From Andalucia godoyi And28 (lineage: Eukaryota; Protista; Jakobida), in the NCBI GenBank assembly GCA_009859145.1, contig VRVR01000032.1, positions 202,795 to 266,794 on the forward strand: a DNA stretch of 64,000 bases, read 5' to 3'. How positions within the stretch are numbered: the first letter of the stretch is position 1; each line of letters opens with the position of its first letter. Below are positions 32,143 to 42,070 of the stretch, in pieces. The notes under the pieces were generated by a model, which saw only the letters and a list, made by a program, of their open reading frames with translations, did not search any database and was not told the origin of the DNA. Made by a program: the position numbers and the translations under genes.

Positions 32143-32955
32143 TTATCCGAATTGAAATCCGGAGACTTGGATGGCAGGAAGCCCCTGCATAATCTGCGAG
32201 CAATCGTTAAACACCCGTACACCTGGATCCTGCAGTGCGGCACCGGCCACAACAAACAGCGGTACAAGGTGGTCTTCTTGTGGATGAGCAATGCGAGCAC
32301 CAGGTGCCTTCTCCCACATGACGAGTTTGTCGTGTCGGACATGCGAGTCGGACGATGCACAGCAAGCATCCACGAGATACTCGTCGAATGCCTTGGATGC
32401 AACCGTCGAATTCGGCGGAAAATTCAAGTTGTGGAACGAGTATCCTGAGCCAATGATCAAGACGCCCTCATCTCGAAGTGGCGCAAGTGCTTCTCCAACC
32501 TGCAAGTGAAGCTTTGGATCATACGACTTGTGGATGCTGAGCATCACAACCGGAATGTCTGCGGCGGGAAAGCTCACAGCGAGAGGAACAAACACCCCGT
32601 GGTCAAACCCACGCTTTGCATCTTCCTTGCAAGCGATTTCGGAGTCCCGGAGAAGCGCCCGGACTCTCGCTGCAATCTGCGGATTCCCCGGGGCTGCATA
32701 CTGGATCTTATAGGTGTGCGCAGGAAAGCCGCCGTAGTCGTACACCATTCCCGGACGTGCGCTGGTGGACACCGTCACCGCCGACTCTTCCCAATGCGCA
32801 CTCACAATCAGAATCGACTTCACCTCGTTCATGGGCAGCTGCTTTGGAAGGTCCGTCAAGTACTCTTTCAGCTTTGCAAATCCATTTCGTGCACCAAAAT
32901 CCATCCACGGCCAAGGGCCGCCTCCGTGAGAAATAAACAATACTGGCAAACGCAT
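32143..32955 (-). CDS. LigB-family extradiol dioxygenase (DODA/YgiD-like)
   Basis: LFISHGGGP, SAHWE, MVYDYGGFP, RGFDHGVFVPL, GSGYSFHNL and AHPQEDHLVPL. Confidence 0.93.
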   Translation of the reverse strand: MRLPVLFISHGGGPWPWMDFGARNGFAKLKEYLTDLPKQLPMNEVKSILIVSAHWEESAVTVSTSARPGMVYDYGGFPAHTYKIQYAAPGNPQIAARVRALLRDSEIACKEDAKRGFDHGVFVPLAVSFPAADIPVVMLSIHKSYDPKLHLQVGEALAPLRDEGVLIIGSGYSFHNLNFPPNSTVASKAFDEYLVDACCASSDSHVRHDKLVMWEKAPGARIAHPQEDHLVPLFVVAGAALQDPGVRVFNDCSQIMQGLPAIQVSGFQFG

Positions 32956-33229
32956 CCTCGGTGTGTGCGTGTGTGTGTATGTGCGTGTGTGCTCCTGCTT
33001 AATAAAGCCTTGAACAGTGAAAATCGAAGAGAAAAGAAAAGAAAGGAAAAGAACAGCTAAAAACTATTATCGTCCGTTAAGCGTCCCGTGGAATAACGTG
33101 GACGTTGTGCGCAGCGCGGCGTTTCAGAGCGGCGATATAAAATCAATTTTTCTTTTTGAAAAGTCGGGAGTTTCTGTCGGGGCTTGAGAGCCTCAATCGG
33201 GAAGTTTCTGTCGGGAATATGTCATATTC

Positions 33230-33541
33230 GCTTACCATTATACACTGAGCATGCATATCTACGAATAGACATGCATATTCAATCCTTGCATCCCGTTGCC
33301 GGGAAGGGGATAGGCCCCCACAGGCTTTGCTGGCGTTCTTCAGATAAATGCTCCGCGCTCCGTTCCCAATCTCGATCAATCGGTGAGCCACTTTCTCAGC
33401 GTGGCACGTTGTTCCTGAGAAGGGTGCATTTTTGATTCTGACAGCCCTAGCAGTAGGTGTAGTGACACGTGGTCTCTTAGGAGGTCTGCGGGACCTAGGA
33501 GGCCCTGTATCGAGCGGCGTAGGCGTAGGCGAATGCGTCAT
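33230..33541 (-). mobile_element. Internally deleted TnpB/Fanzor2 derivative, remnant C (N-terminus fused to RuvC-III) plus putative omegaRNA scaffold
   Basis: From ATG at 33541: MTHSPTPTPLDTGPPRSRRPPKRPRVTTPTARAVRIK/(fs)MHPSQEQRATLRKWLT, joined directly to IDRDW/(fs)NGARSIYLKNASKACGGL. The tail carries GCAA and UUCG tetraloop hairpins. Confidence 0.85.
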
Positions 33542-33899
33542 CGCAGCGCGCTCACGCCCATATTTGAATAAAAAGTGAAACCAACGAATGATAGAATAGA
33601 TGGCTACGGATGCTGCGTTAAAGAGTGTCGAAAATACAGAGCCTGTGTCACCGGCTGAATTTTGGCCGAGCGTGCGTAAGCACGAGTTCCCCTGTGAAAC
33701 GAACGTGCTAGTGTCGGCCAGTGTCGACTGTGTCTGATTATGATACTTCCGTATGCATGACAATGACGGGTTATTATTCAACGGTTTCGGTTTTCTACAT
33801 GATAATTGATAGATTGCAGGGAAAGAAGGAGGTCAGTGTAGCTGTAGTATTATTATAGAAGGGTTTTCTTTTTTGTTGTTGTTATTCTGTTTGGGAGCT

Positions 33900-34124
33900 A
33901 TGAATTCTGCGCCGAGGTTGTCGACGACGAGTGCTGCTGCGAGAACGAAGTTCCAAGTGCGACACGTCACCACTGGAGTCACACCGCCGCTGTCGCTGTC
34001 ACAGTCGAATTCGAATTCGAATTCGAATTCAATGCTCAAGCCAACGACCGGTCAAGCGACCCCAAGACTGGAGAATGACATTTCTGTGTCCACTGCGGTT
34101 CCAGCGCCGAAATTATCAGTCCAT

Positions 34125-34171
<47 letters not shown>

Positions 34172-35534
34172 AAGTGTGCCGCCGTCCGTGTCGAACACTG
34201 CGAATCACTCATCAATGGCTATCAAATCAACACAGCAAGTCCCAACGCAGACACAGACGCAGAAGGATGCACATGGTGCAGATCAGTCAAAGATCAAGGA
34301 TCTTGAGGAGGAACTTTCGATTGCGAAAATGAAGATCAAATCGCTCACGAGTGCGCTTTCGGAGCGGGAGAGCGCAGCAGTCGACGCCGCAAAGGAAACG
34401 AAGGATTTGGTGCGAAAACTTGCCGAGTCGGAGGAAAAGACGAGAGTGCTGAGTAAGAAGCTGTTATCCGTTCCTGCAGTGTCGCAGCAAGCAACGACGC
34501 CTGGAGTCGCCCTTGGGACCGCTTCGTTGCAGAGCATGCCGACGCCTCGCAGCATAATCCCGGCGGCCATTGCAAAGCCAGCTTCAACCGCCATCGAGTG
34601 CTCGACCCAGACGGTTCCAATGATCCGAAGTTGCACCGTTCAAACAGAGAACGAAGAGGCGAGGGCGGTAGAGATGGTGCAGGTGCAAACAGACGAGTGT
34701 CCACAGTCTGACGTTTCGTTGCAGACAGAAACAGAAACAGAAACAGAAACAGAAACAGAAGTTGTACTGAAAGCAGTAGAAAAGGAAATAGTAGAAGACG
34801 GTGATGGCTGTGGAACGCAGTTTGCAACATGCGAATGCCAGACGGATCCTATGCAGGAGCCCAAGGCAGCGGCGACAAGTGCGTGCCTGCCCCCGACGGC
34901 TGACGAGCTTGGGCATCTGAAGCGCAAGATCGAGTTGCTGAAGGACGAGCATGCTACGATGACTAGGAAAGCAATGGAGAATTACGAAAAGTATGAAGCT
35001 GCCAATCGGATGGCTGCCGAAAACATCGAGAAGTTTGAGCGGGCGCGGAGAGAACTGAAATCACTCCAAGCTTCGTTTGACGAAATCGCGACGCAAATGC
35101 AAATGGACAAGGCGGTTCTGGAGCAGACGATTGGGGTTCTCAATTCTGAAATTCACCAGCTGCGAGAATACGCAACCAACCAGCTGGAGAGTGCCCACAT
35201 CTCATCGGAATACTACAAGCTGCGGGACCAATACTATGACAAGGTTTCTGGATTGGAGCAAGAACTTCGAGTGTTCAAGGCCGCGAAAGACGGTTCAGAT
35301 TTCCAGGAAGTCATGTTGCAAGAGCTATCCACAATGCGCAGTGCATATGAAAAGAAGATTTCTGACATGCGTCTGGAAATATCAGAGATGCAACGAAACC
35401 ATTTTTCAACAGTCTCTGCCATGCAAGATACGTTTAGAGCAGAGCGGCGGTGTCTGGAAAACAGAGTCCGCCAGTACAAGACTCGCATTGAGCAACTTGA
35501 TTCGCAGGAAGCTAGTGCGGCTGCTGTCCGTTAG
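33900..35534 (+). CDS. Coiled-coil protein (~544 aa)
   Basis: Long ORF with heptad E/K-rich segments plus GQ and TE repeats. First ATG at 33900. Confidence 0.8.
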
Positions 35535-35571
35535 CATCGCCTCCATCCCCATGCGCATTACGCACGCACAT

Positions 35572-35635
35572 AAGCACATAATCACATAAGGACATAAGGA
35601 CATAATCACATAATGACATAAGGACATAAGAACAT
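35572..35635 (+). repeat. Degenerate 9-bp tandem repeat (GGACATAA-type units)
   Basis: Repeated ACATAA units between two convergent genes. Confidence 0.7.
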
Positions 35636-35745
35636 GCGCTTAGCGACGAAGAAAACAAGAGAAACCCTTTTCTAATTGTAAATAAAAAGTACTGTACATT
35701 GCGCGCGAACGAAGGGAGAGAATCATCAGACGGACATCGCACCAC

Positions 35746-37056
35746 CTAAAGGACAGTTGCAGAGTCCTGGAGAAGCTGTACAGTGTCGCTTTGTTCTGCC
35801 AGGGCCGCGACAACAGGATCCCGTTGCGATTCTAAACGGTCGGCAGACGGCATTCGAGACTTGAAGAGAAGGAATACAAGCAACCAGATCGCTGCGAACG
35901 TTCCTAGCGCGAACGCAACGCCTTCGAAAATCACCGAGAGTGACGTGCTTGTCGAGACAGTTACTACTTGAATAACAGACTGGATCCCGAGAGCGATGAT
36001 TGTGGATAGCAGAATCATTAGCGATGGCTCGTTTTCCGCTTCCTGGCCCAACTGTACAAGAGAAACGCAGTTCAAGGCTGTGAACAAGGCATGGTAGATG
36101 GCCATTGTCGCGCAGAGCCCCCAAAAGTTGCCGGAGCGGGAAAGCAAGAACAAAACAAGTGCCGACACCAGACACATGATCCCGCACAAGTTGACGGCTG
36201 CTCTGCGATGAGCAGGAGGCGCGTACCTCGCAAGATAGGCAGAAAATGTCGACGCAGAATACGCAACAGCAACGACCACCCCGTTCCGTCTCCAGTCGAT
36301 CGGCTCAGCGAGAGCTTGCCAAAATGTGAGGACCCAAGAGTGGATCGCAGTGGACACCGCGACCATGGAAGCCCAGAACAGCAGCCGTCTCGACCATCGT
36401 ATTCTCTTGAACGCGTCCCCCAATTCCCCAATCCAGTTCCTGCTGTTGTACACCTTGCCATCTGCAGTTCTCGTTCCAGCAGCCGACGGCGAATTCCCGC
36501 AGATGCTTCGAGGCAGAAAAATGACCACTGCTACAAATAGCGTCGAACAAACCACAAATGACAGCAAGATAACGTCGGACAACGGAATGGCGCTCGTTGC
36601 GATCATTGCGAACCCAAGAAGGGCAGAGGACACAAGCGCAGCAAAATACGTGGATCTCGCAGTGGCCATTGCCTTGTGGGGTTTCTCGGGAAACAACACT
36701 AGCAGATAACCCCACAAAGACGGAAACGTAGCAAACGACGCCCCAGAGCAGCACTCCAGCACAATATCCATAGTTTCTGACTTCGACATGAACAGCAAAA
36801 ACAACGTGAGGCTCCTTAGCAATCCTCCGACATATATGATATACCGATCAAAAAATCTGTGGTTCGCTCGAAACGTGTACAACAACAGCAGCAAGCACAT
36901 TGACATTAAATAGGCGTACGTAAACCACGGCAATACATTGCTTACAACGCGGTCAACCGATGATCGGGAGGCGAGAATGTGCACCACATATGAATCAGAG
37001 AATGAGAACGCTGCTTGGAAAGCGCTGAGCGATGCGCGCACTAACGCATACTTCAT
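35746..37056 (-). CDS. SLC19/reduced-folate-carrier-family MFS transporter
   Basis: About 12 TM segments; VLPWFTYAYL and NGVVVAVAY resemble SLC19 motifs. First ATG at 37056. Confidence 0.7.
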   Translation of the reverse strand: MKYALVRASLSAFQAAFSFSDSYVVHILASRSSVDRVVSNVLPWFTYAYLMSMCLLLLLYTFRANHRFFDRYIIYVGGLLRSLTLFLLFMSKSETMDIVLECCSGASFATFPSLWGYLLVLFPEKPHKAMATARSTYFAALVSSALLGFAMIATSAIPLSDVILLSFVVCSTLFVAVVIFLPRSICGNSPSAAGTRTADGKVYNSRNWIGELGDAFKRIRWSRRLLFWASMVAVSTAIHSWVLTFWQALAEPIDWRRNGVVVAVAYSASTFSAYLARYAPPAHRRAAVNLCGIMCLVSALVLFLLSRSGNFWGLCATMAIYHALFTALNCVSLVQLGQEAENEPSLMILLSTIIALGIQSVIQVVTVSTSTSLSVIFEGVAFALGTFAAIWLLVFLLFKSRMPSADRLESQRDPVVAALAEQSDTVQLLQDSATVL

Positions 37057-37275
37057 ATCATCCCAAAAGAACACAGTGTCACTCTTTCTCCCCCCAAAAA
37101 AACAAATGAACAAATGAACAATGCAAAAGCCAACACTGAAAAAAAGACAATAGTACGGTACTTATGAGATTCCTTTTGTGCCCAAACGCGGTTTCATGGA
37201 TACCACAGAAAGCTTTCTGTCAAGAAATCATAATTTGCAAATGGACAAAAGGCTGCAGCCCGTTCGCAGTCGTAG

Positions 37276-37287
37276 TTCCCGCCAAAA
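37276..37287 (+). promoter_or_regulatory. E2F-like site TTCCCGCCAAAA in a divergent promoter
   Basis: Matches the E2F consensus and lies between the divergent SLC19-like and DCAF10-like genes. Confidence 0.3.
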
Positions 37288-37714
37288 TGGATATTAAAAA
37301 AAGACTCGTATTCACTCATTGTTGTATACAAAATAAATAAATAGGAGAAAAAAATGCCAAAACAGTATGTTTTTCATCGTTCTTTAAATATTTCAGCTGT
37401 TAATATTGCTTATAGACTTGTTTTTCTACGTGTGCACAATCATCCAAATCTGTTGCTGTCTCGTTGTTAAATCCACCGCTGACCAACTTTCATTTCAGCT
37501 CAAGAACACAAGTACAAGCTTCACAGACAACCGAAACAATAGAAACAATACGAAGACAGGAAGGGAAAAAGAAATGTTGTCGCTTTAGAGTTTTGTAGAC
37601 GGAACCGTGGAAAACTGGAAAACTGGAAAACTGGAAAACTGGAAAACTGGAAAAGAAAAAGAAAAGGAAGGACAGGCCGAAACAGCACTTACTGCGCAAA
37701 CCACCGGATCCTAC

Positions 37715-39355
37715 ATGATCAATCGTCTTTTGAGCGCGTCGGTATCATCCGCCGTTGGATATCCACGACGAGGGGCACCTAGCGAGCTGTCTTGTTTTTT
37801 ATTCTCTGTTGAGCCAGAGTGTCCGTTTGATCCTATATACCCTCACTACCTTCGAAAGCCAGTCTATGATGTGAAATTCAGTCCTGATGGCAGGCTTCTA
37901 GCATGCAGCTCTGCGTCATCCGGAGGTCTGGTTCTTGTGGATTCGTGCGAACCATCAGTCCGGGTTGCGTCGTTGCAGTCGCCGTTATGCGACTCTGTGA
38001 ACATGTCCACTTGGATATCTGAGTACTTGATTGCGAGTGCTTCAGAACAGGGCGTATTGGGGCTGTGGGACGTCCGGATGCGCCGGTTAATGGCGTGCAT
38101 GTTCCATGGATCAGCGGTCAAGGACGTGTTTTTGCTTCCCAGCGCATCGCCAGGGTCGCTTTCATCAAGAATAATATGCTCGGCAGGGTTCGACGATTGC
38201 GTTCGGATATGGCCGTTGCATGTGTCGGCGTCTGTGCATGACGTGGAGGCGCGCATCAAGACGCACATGAGCACCGGGAGGGAGTCGTGCTGGATGCTGC
38301 AGTCAAATTTTGTGGATTCCAATGTCTGGATCCGAGCTGGAGGACTGTGCCGCACAGTGTACGTGCCAGGTGTTCGTGTGAATCTTGGTGGCGGTGATGA
38401 CGACGACGACAACTACAACTACGGTGGCAGGGATGGTGGTGATACTGATGATAGTGCGAGCAGTTCGATGCCGTTGGAAGCGTCATCGCGAAATCCAAGA
38501 CGACGAGCAAGATCGCTTTCGAAGCGGCAATCTCCAAGACATGGATCGTCCACCAAGGACGAGAAGAGCCGCCGCCGCCGCAGCAGCAAAGAGACACCGG
38601 CTCGTGCAGAAAAGGGTGGATCCATTCTCGCATCGCTGGCAGATTCTTCGTTGGCATTCTTTGACGTTCCCACGCTGCCGTGCTGGACAAAGTTGAAGGA
38701 GCCGCGAAAGGTTTCGTTCCAAATGATGGGAGACGACTGCGTGTCAATGGTTACTGCAATCACCCCATTTACAGCCCCCTCAAATGCATACCGCGACTTG
38801 ACCCAAAAACCGCATCTTTCGTTTATTGCACGTTCGGTCATGCTTCCGCTGGAGAATACCGCTGCTCGGCGCTCTCCAGCTTCTGGTGTTCAATCAACAC
38901 TGATGAAAATGGCGATTACCCAGGATCCACTGTCGGAGCTGCCAGACGTTTCTTCTCTTTCTTTGTCATGCGCTCGCAGCGGGCAGGCATCAGCAACCCG
39001 CAGTTTGTGCGCTGCCACGAATCTTTCTGTTCAATGGTACGCGACGGAGCAGGATCTGAACCCGCAGTATTCAAAGCAGCCGGCTGTGTGTGCACATGGG
39101 CGGTTCCTTTACTCTCCTGCTGGAAAGGCAATTCGTGTTTTTGACCTCGAAAACCCAAACTCGGATCCTTGTTTCCCACGCATCCAGGATGAGGAACTTG
39201 CGCTCTGCGAGGACGCAGTCATGGTTACAGAGAACAAAGTTCTGGCATGCGTGCACGATGCCCCTGTCTTGTGCTGCGATGTCCATCCATACTGGCCAAT
39301 TGTGGCGTCGGGAGCTGCCGATGGGTCGATCCGAACGTATCAACCTCGATTTTGA
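37715..39355 (+). CDS. DCAF10: WD40-repeat protein, DCAF10-like
   Basis: VYDVKFSPDGRLLA, SVNM...LIASASEQG.LGLWDVR and C-terminal HDAPVLCCDVHP...ASG..DGSIRTYQPRF. Confidence 0.75.
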   Translation: MINRLLSASVSSAVGYPRRGAPSELSCFLFSVEPECPFDPIYPHYLRKPVYDVKFSPDGRLLACSSASSGGLVLVDSCEPSVRVASLQSPLCDSVNMSTWISEYLIASASEQGVLGLWDVRMRRLMACMFHGSAVKDVFLLPSASPGSLSSRIICSAGFDDCVRIWPLHVSASVHDVEARIKTHMSTGRESCWMLQSNFVDSNVWIRAGGLCRTVYVPGVRVNLGGGDDDDDNYNYGGRDGGDTDDSASSSMPLEASSRNPRRRARSLSKRQSPRHGSSTKDEKSRRRRSSKETPARAEKGGSILASLADSSLAFFDVPTLPCWTKLKEPRKVSFQMMGDDCVSMVTAITPFTAPSNAYRDLTQKPHLSFIARSVMLPLENTAARRSPASGVQSTLMKMAITQDPLSELPDVSSLSLSCARSGQASATRSLCAATNLSVQWYATEQDLNPQYSKQPAVCAHGRFLYSPAGKAIRVFDLENPNSDPCFPRIQDEELALCEDAVMVTENKVLACVHDAPVLCCDVHPYWPIVASGAADGSIRTYQPRF

Positions 39356-39486
39356 TGATCTGCACCAGTACAGTACCTTTGTGTATCTCCTGCATGGATT
39401 CTTTAGATACAACCATCCGTGTATCCATAATTTCCTTTTCCCCCTCTCCTTTTTGTTGTACATCTCGTTTGGATTGCATGTTCTCG

Positions 39487-41229
39487 TTACAGAAACAGCA
39501 TCATAAATTCGTCCTTGCGGTGCAATCGGCGCTCCTCGGAACTCATCGAACTATCGTTGACTTGATCTTGATTGCTGTTCACATTCAAGCGACCAGCGCT
39601 TTTCTCGTCGCTAGTCCTCCTGCTGTCGTTACCACCACCATCACCGTCACCATTATGGCTGCTGCGATCATGGTCAGCGGGAACTGGAGGAGGCTGTCCG
39701 GTCACAGTCTTTTCTCCAGGCTGACTTCCCAAGCCGTCCGCCGTTGCGAGGCTCTCCTTCGCGCCTTCCCCCACGAGGATCACGACTGAGGAATCAGCAA
39801 CTGAAACTGCGTCCGATTGCGCTGGGCTTGCATCGGCATCGGCATCGGCATCGGCATCGGCGACGGTAGTTGCGGTCGTTTGGGATTCGTCCAGTAAAAG
39901 CTTCTTGGGTTTGACGATACCGCGGACACACAGCAGCTTCACCCAAAAGTAGTCAAATCTGGACAGCTTAAAGCCTCGAGCGTACTTGAATTTGATGTAC
40001 GATCTCTTATAGAACATCCGGATGATCATTGAGATCCAGACAGAAGCATACGCAAGTGCCATCGCGACGATCATTTCCACGATCTCTGGAGCCGGTTCCA
40101 AGAGATGCCACGCATTCGGCGACGTTGCCAACACCCCTACGCCACAGGCCACCGAGCTTGCCGACGAGTACATTGGAGTGTATGCATTGGTGGGAAGATT
40201 GAACAGAATCAGCCCCAGGGAGACGTGAACCAAAAGGAAGTTCACGACTGTGACGATCCATGCGATAATGACTGCGATTCTTTGCACCTTGGAATGAAAG
40301 GTCTTTGTGAGTTTCAGGTGGATAACGGGAATCAAGTGTGCAAGCATCTGTACACCAATCATGGCAATGATCACTGCACAGATGCGATGCGCCGACGTGA
40401 AAATCTCAGCATCTGGGAGCTTGAACGCGAACCCGTCATCTTTCCACAGGAACTTGATGAGTGTTTCCCAGCGGATCCGGCCCGAAACACACACTCCAGG
40501 AACAAACGCATACGCAGAGTCGAAGCCATAACCAGCAATGCCCGCCGGCTGCAGCAGCCCATCTCGAACACGCGTCATATGAGGGGTATCACTCGAATCT
40601 GCATACCGAAACATCGCTCCTATGTTCTCAATAATCTGCGAAGCCACCATCATAAACCACACCACGCATCCAATAAGGAACAACCGCGAAATGTAAAACC
40701 CAAGAACTGCTACAATGTACGCTCGCAATATCTGCCTATCTCGGGTCGAATCCACGTCAATCGGTCCTTTATACAGTCCCGTTTTAGGATCAATCTTGAC
40801 TGTCCTTTTCTTCTTTTTCTTTTTCTTCTTCTTCTTCTCATCCTCATCCTCCTCCTCCTCGTCGTCGTCGTCATTGTTGTTAGCATTACTACTATCTGCA
40901 TTTTGACAGGTTTTCTCCCTTTTTTCAACCCCATTCTCGTTCTCTTTCTCATTCTCGCTATCATTGTCATTGTCATTCTCATAACCACTGTCATTCTCAT
41001 ACCCACTGTCATTGCTCTGTCCTGTGTTTCGATCATCCATTCGGATGTCGTCTTGGTTCCTATCGATGTCGTCGACACGGCCCTCTAGCGCAGTCGGACC
41101 CTGTGCATTCTGTGCTTCTGAAATCGGTTCATCCACAGCTGGTGGCTTGTCCGCCGTCGAGGACTCCGTCTGCTGCGCATCCATAACCACCGAGCTCATA
41201 TCGGACCTGGGCCAACCTCCATCATCCAT
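39487..41229 (-). CDS. Multi-pass membrane protein with an acidic/basic N-terminal tail
   Basis: About 5 hydrophobic segments. The start could be 41229 or 41199. Family not recognised. Confidence 0.75.
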   Translation of the reverse strand: MDDGGWPRSDMSSVVMDAQQTESSTADKPPAVDEPISEAQNAQGPTALEGRVDDIDRNQDDIRMDDRNTGQSNDSGYENDSGYENDNDNDSENEKENENGVEKREKTCQNADSSNANNNDDDDEEEEDEDEKKKKKKKKKKRTVKIDPKTGLYKGPIDVDSTRDRQILRAYIVAVLGFYISRLFLIGCVVWFMMVASQIIENIGAMFRYADSSDTPHMTRVRDGLLQPAGIAGYGFDSAYAFVPGVCVSGRIRWETLIKFLWKDDGFAFKLPDAEIFTSAHRICAVIIAMIGVQMLAHLIPVIHLKLTKTFHSKVQRIAVIIAWIVTVVNFLLVHVSLGLILFNLPTNAYTPMYSSASSVACGVGVLATSPNAWHLLEPAPEIVEMIVAMALAYASVWISMIIRMFYKRSYIKFKYARGFKLSRFDYFWVKLLCVRGIVKPKKLLLDESQTTATTVADADADADADASPAQSDAVSVADSSVVILVGEGAKESLATADGLGSQPGEKTVTGQPPPVPADHDRSSHNGDGDGGGNDSRRTSDEKSAGRLNVNSNQDQVNDSSMSSEERRLHRKDEFMMLFL

Positions 41230-41487
41230 GATCCAACCACCACCGCAAAAAAAAAAAAACACCAAATAAAACAAAAAGCTACAAGAGAGAAAGAAATCTC
41301 ACCTATGCGGTCCGCAGTCGGCAGCACGCGACAGCCGGGGATTTTGTCGGGAGTTTTCCGTTTTCGGTTTTTCTTTCGATTTGATGAGGATTGAACTACG
41401 GCTGATTTGCAATGATATGAAGAATTTTTACGTTGATTATTTTTTACAGTAGGGGAAAAAAACCAACAAAAGACGGCGGAAGAAACT

Positions 41488-41775
41488 CTATTTGGGGATG
41501 TCCTTCTTGAGACGGGCAAGCTCTTCTTCGAGTTCCTTGATCTTGGCCGAGACCTGCGAGCTGGTAGCAGGTGCATGGCTGTCTACGGCAGTTGCAAGTG
41601 CCTGAGCCTTTGCCTTGAGCTTGTCCAGCTGCTGCTTTGCAACCTTGTGGAAATACGACTCCTCAAGCGCACGTTCGCGCTCCTTGAAAGCATCCGCAGA
41701 GAAACGGCGGGTGAACACAGTCGTTGACAATCGTCGGACGGAAGGAAGTGCAATGCGAGTCAAGGTCATCATCAT
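41488..41775 (-). CDS. ATP5IF1: Mitochondrial ATP synthase inhibitor IF1
   Basis: Arg-rich presequence followed by AFKERERALEESYFHK..KQQLDKLK. Confidence 0.85.
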   Translation of the reverse strand: MMMTLTRIALPSVRRLSTTVFTRRFSADAFKERERALEESYFHKVAKQQLDKLKAKAQALATAVDSHAPATSSQVSAKIKELEEELARLKKDIPK

Positions 41776-42070
41776 TACTATTAGTATTATTGAGTTATTT
41801 CTTCTTCTCCTTTCTCCTTTCTCCTTTCTTCTTTCTTCTTTCTTCTTTCTTCTTTTTTCTTTTATTTGTTGATGATTGTGTGAGTACAAGAAACAAAATG
41901 CCGAAAGGAAGAAGAAGAGAAGGAAAACCAGTCCAGTTGAATGGAAGGGAAAAGAGGTGCAAGTGTCAGCCAGGGTGTCAGAGTGACGGGATAAAAATGG
42001 AACGACCTGGACGGCTGACCGTTTTTGTGTATGAGCTATGGGGACGCGATGTTCCTGCCGTAGTCAAGTG

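Noticed and set aside
33143-33781. 212-aa minus-strand ORF as a real gene
   Set aside because: It is a chance read-through of upstream DNA plus frameshifted Fanzor pieces.
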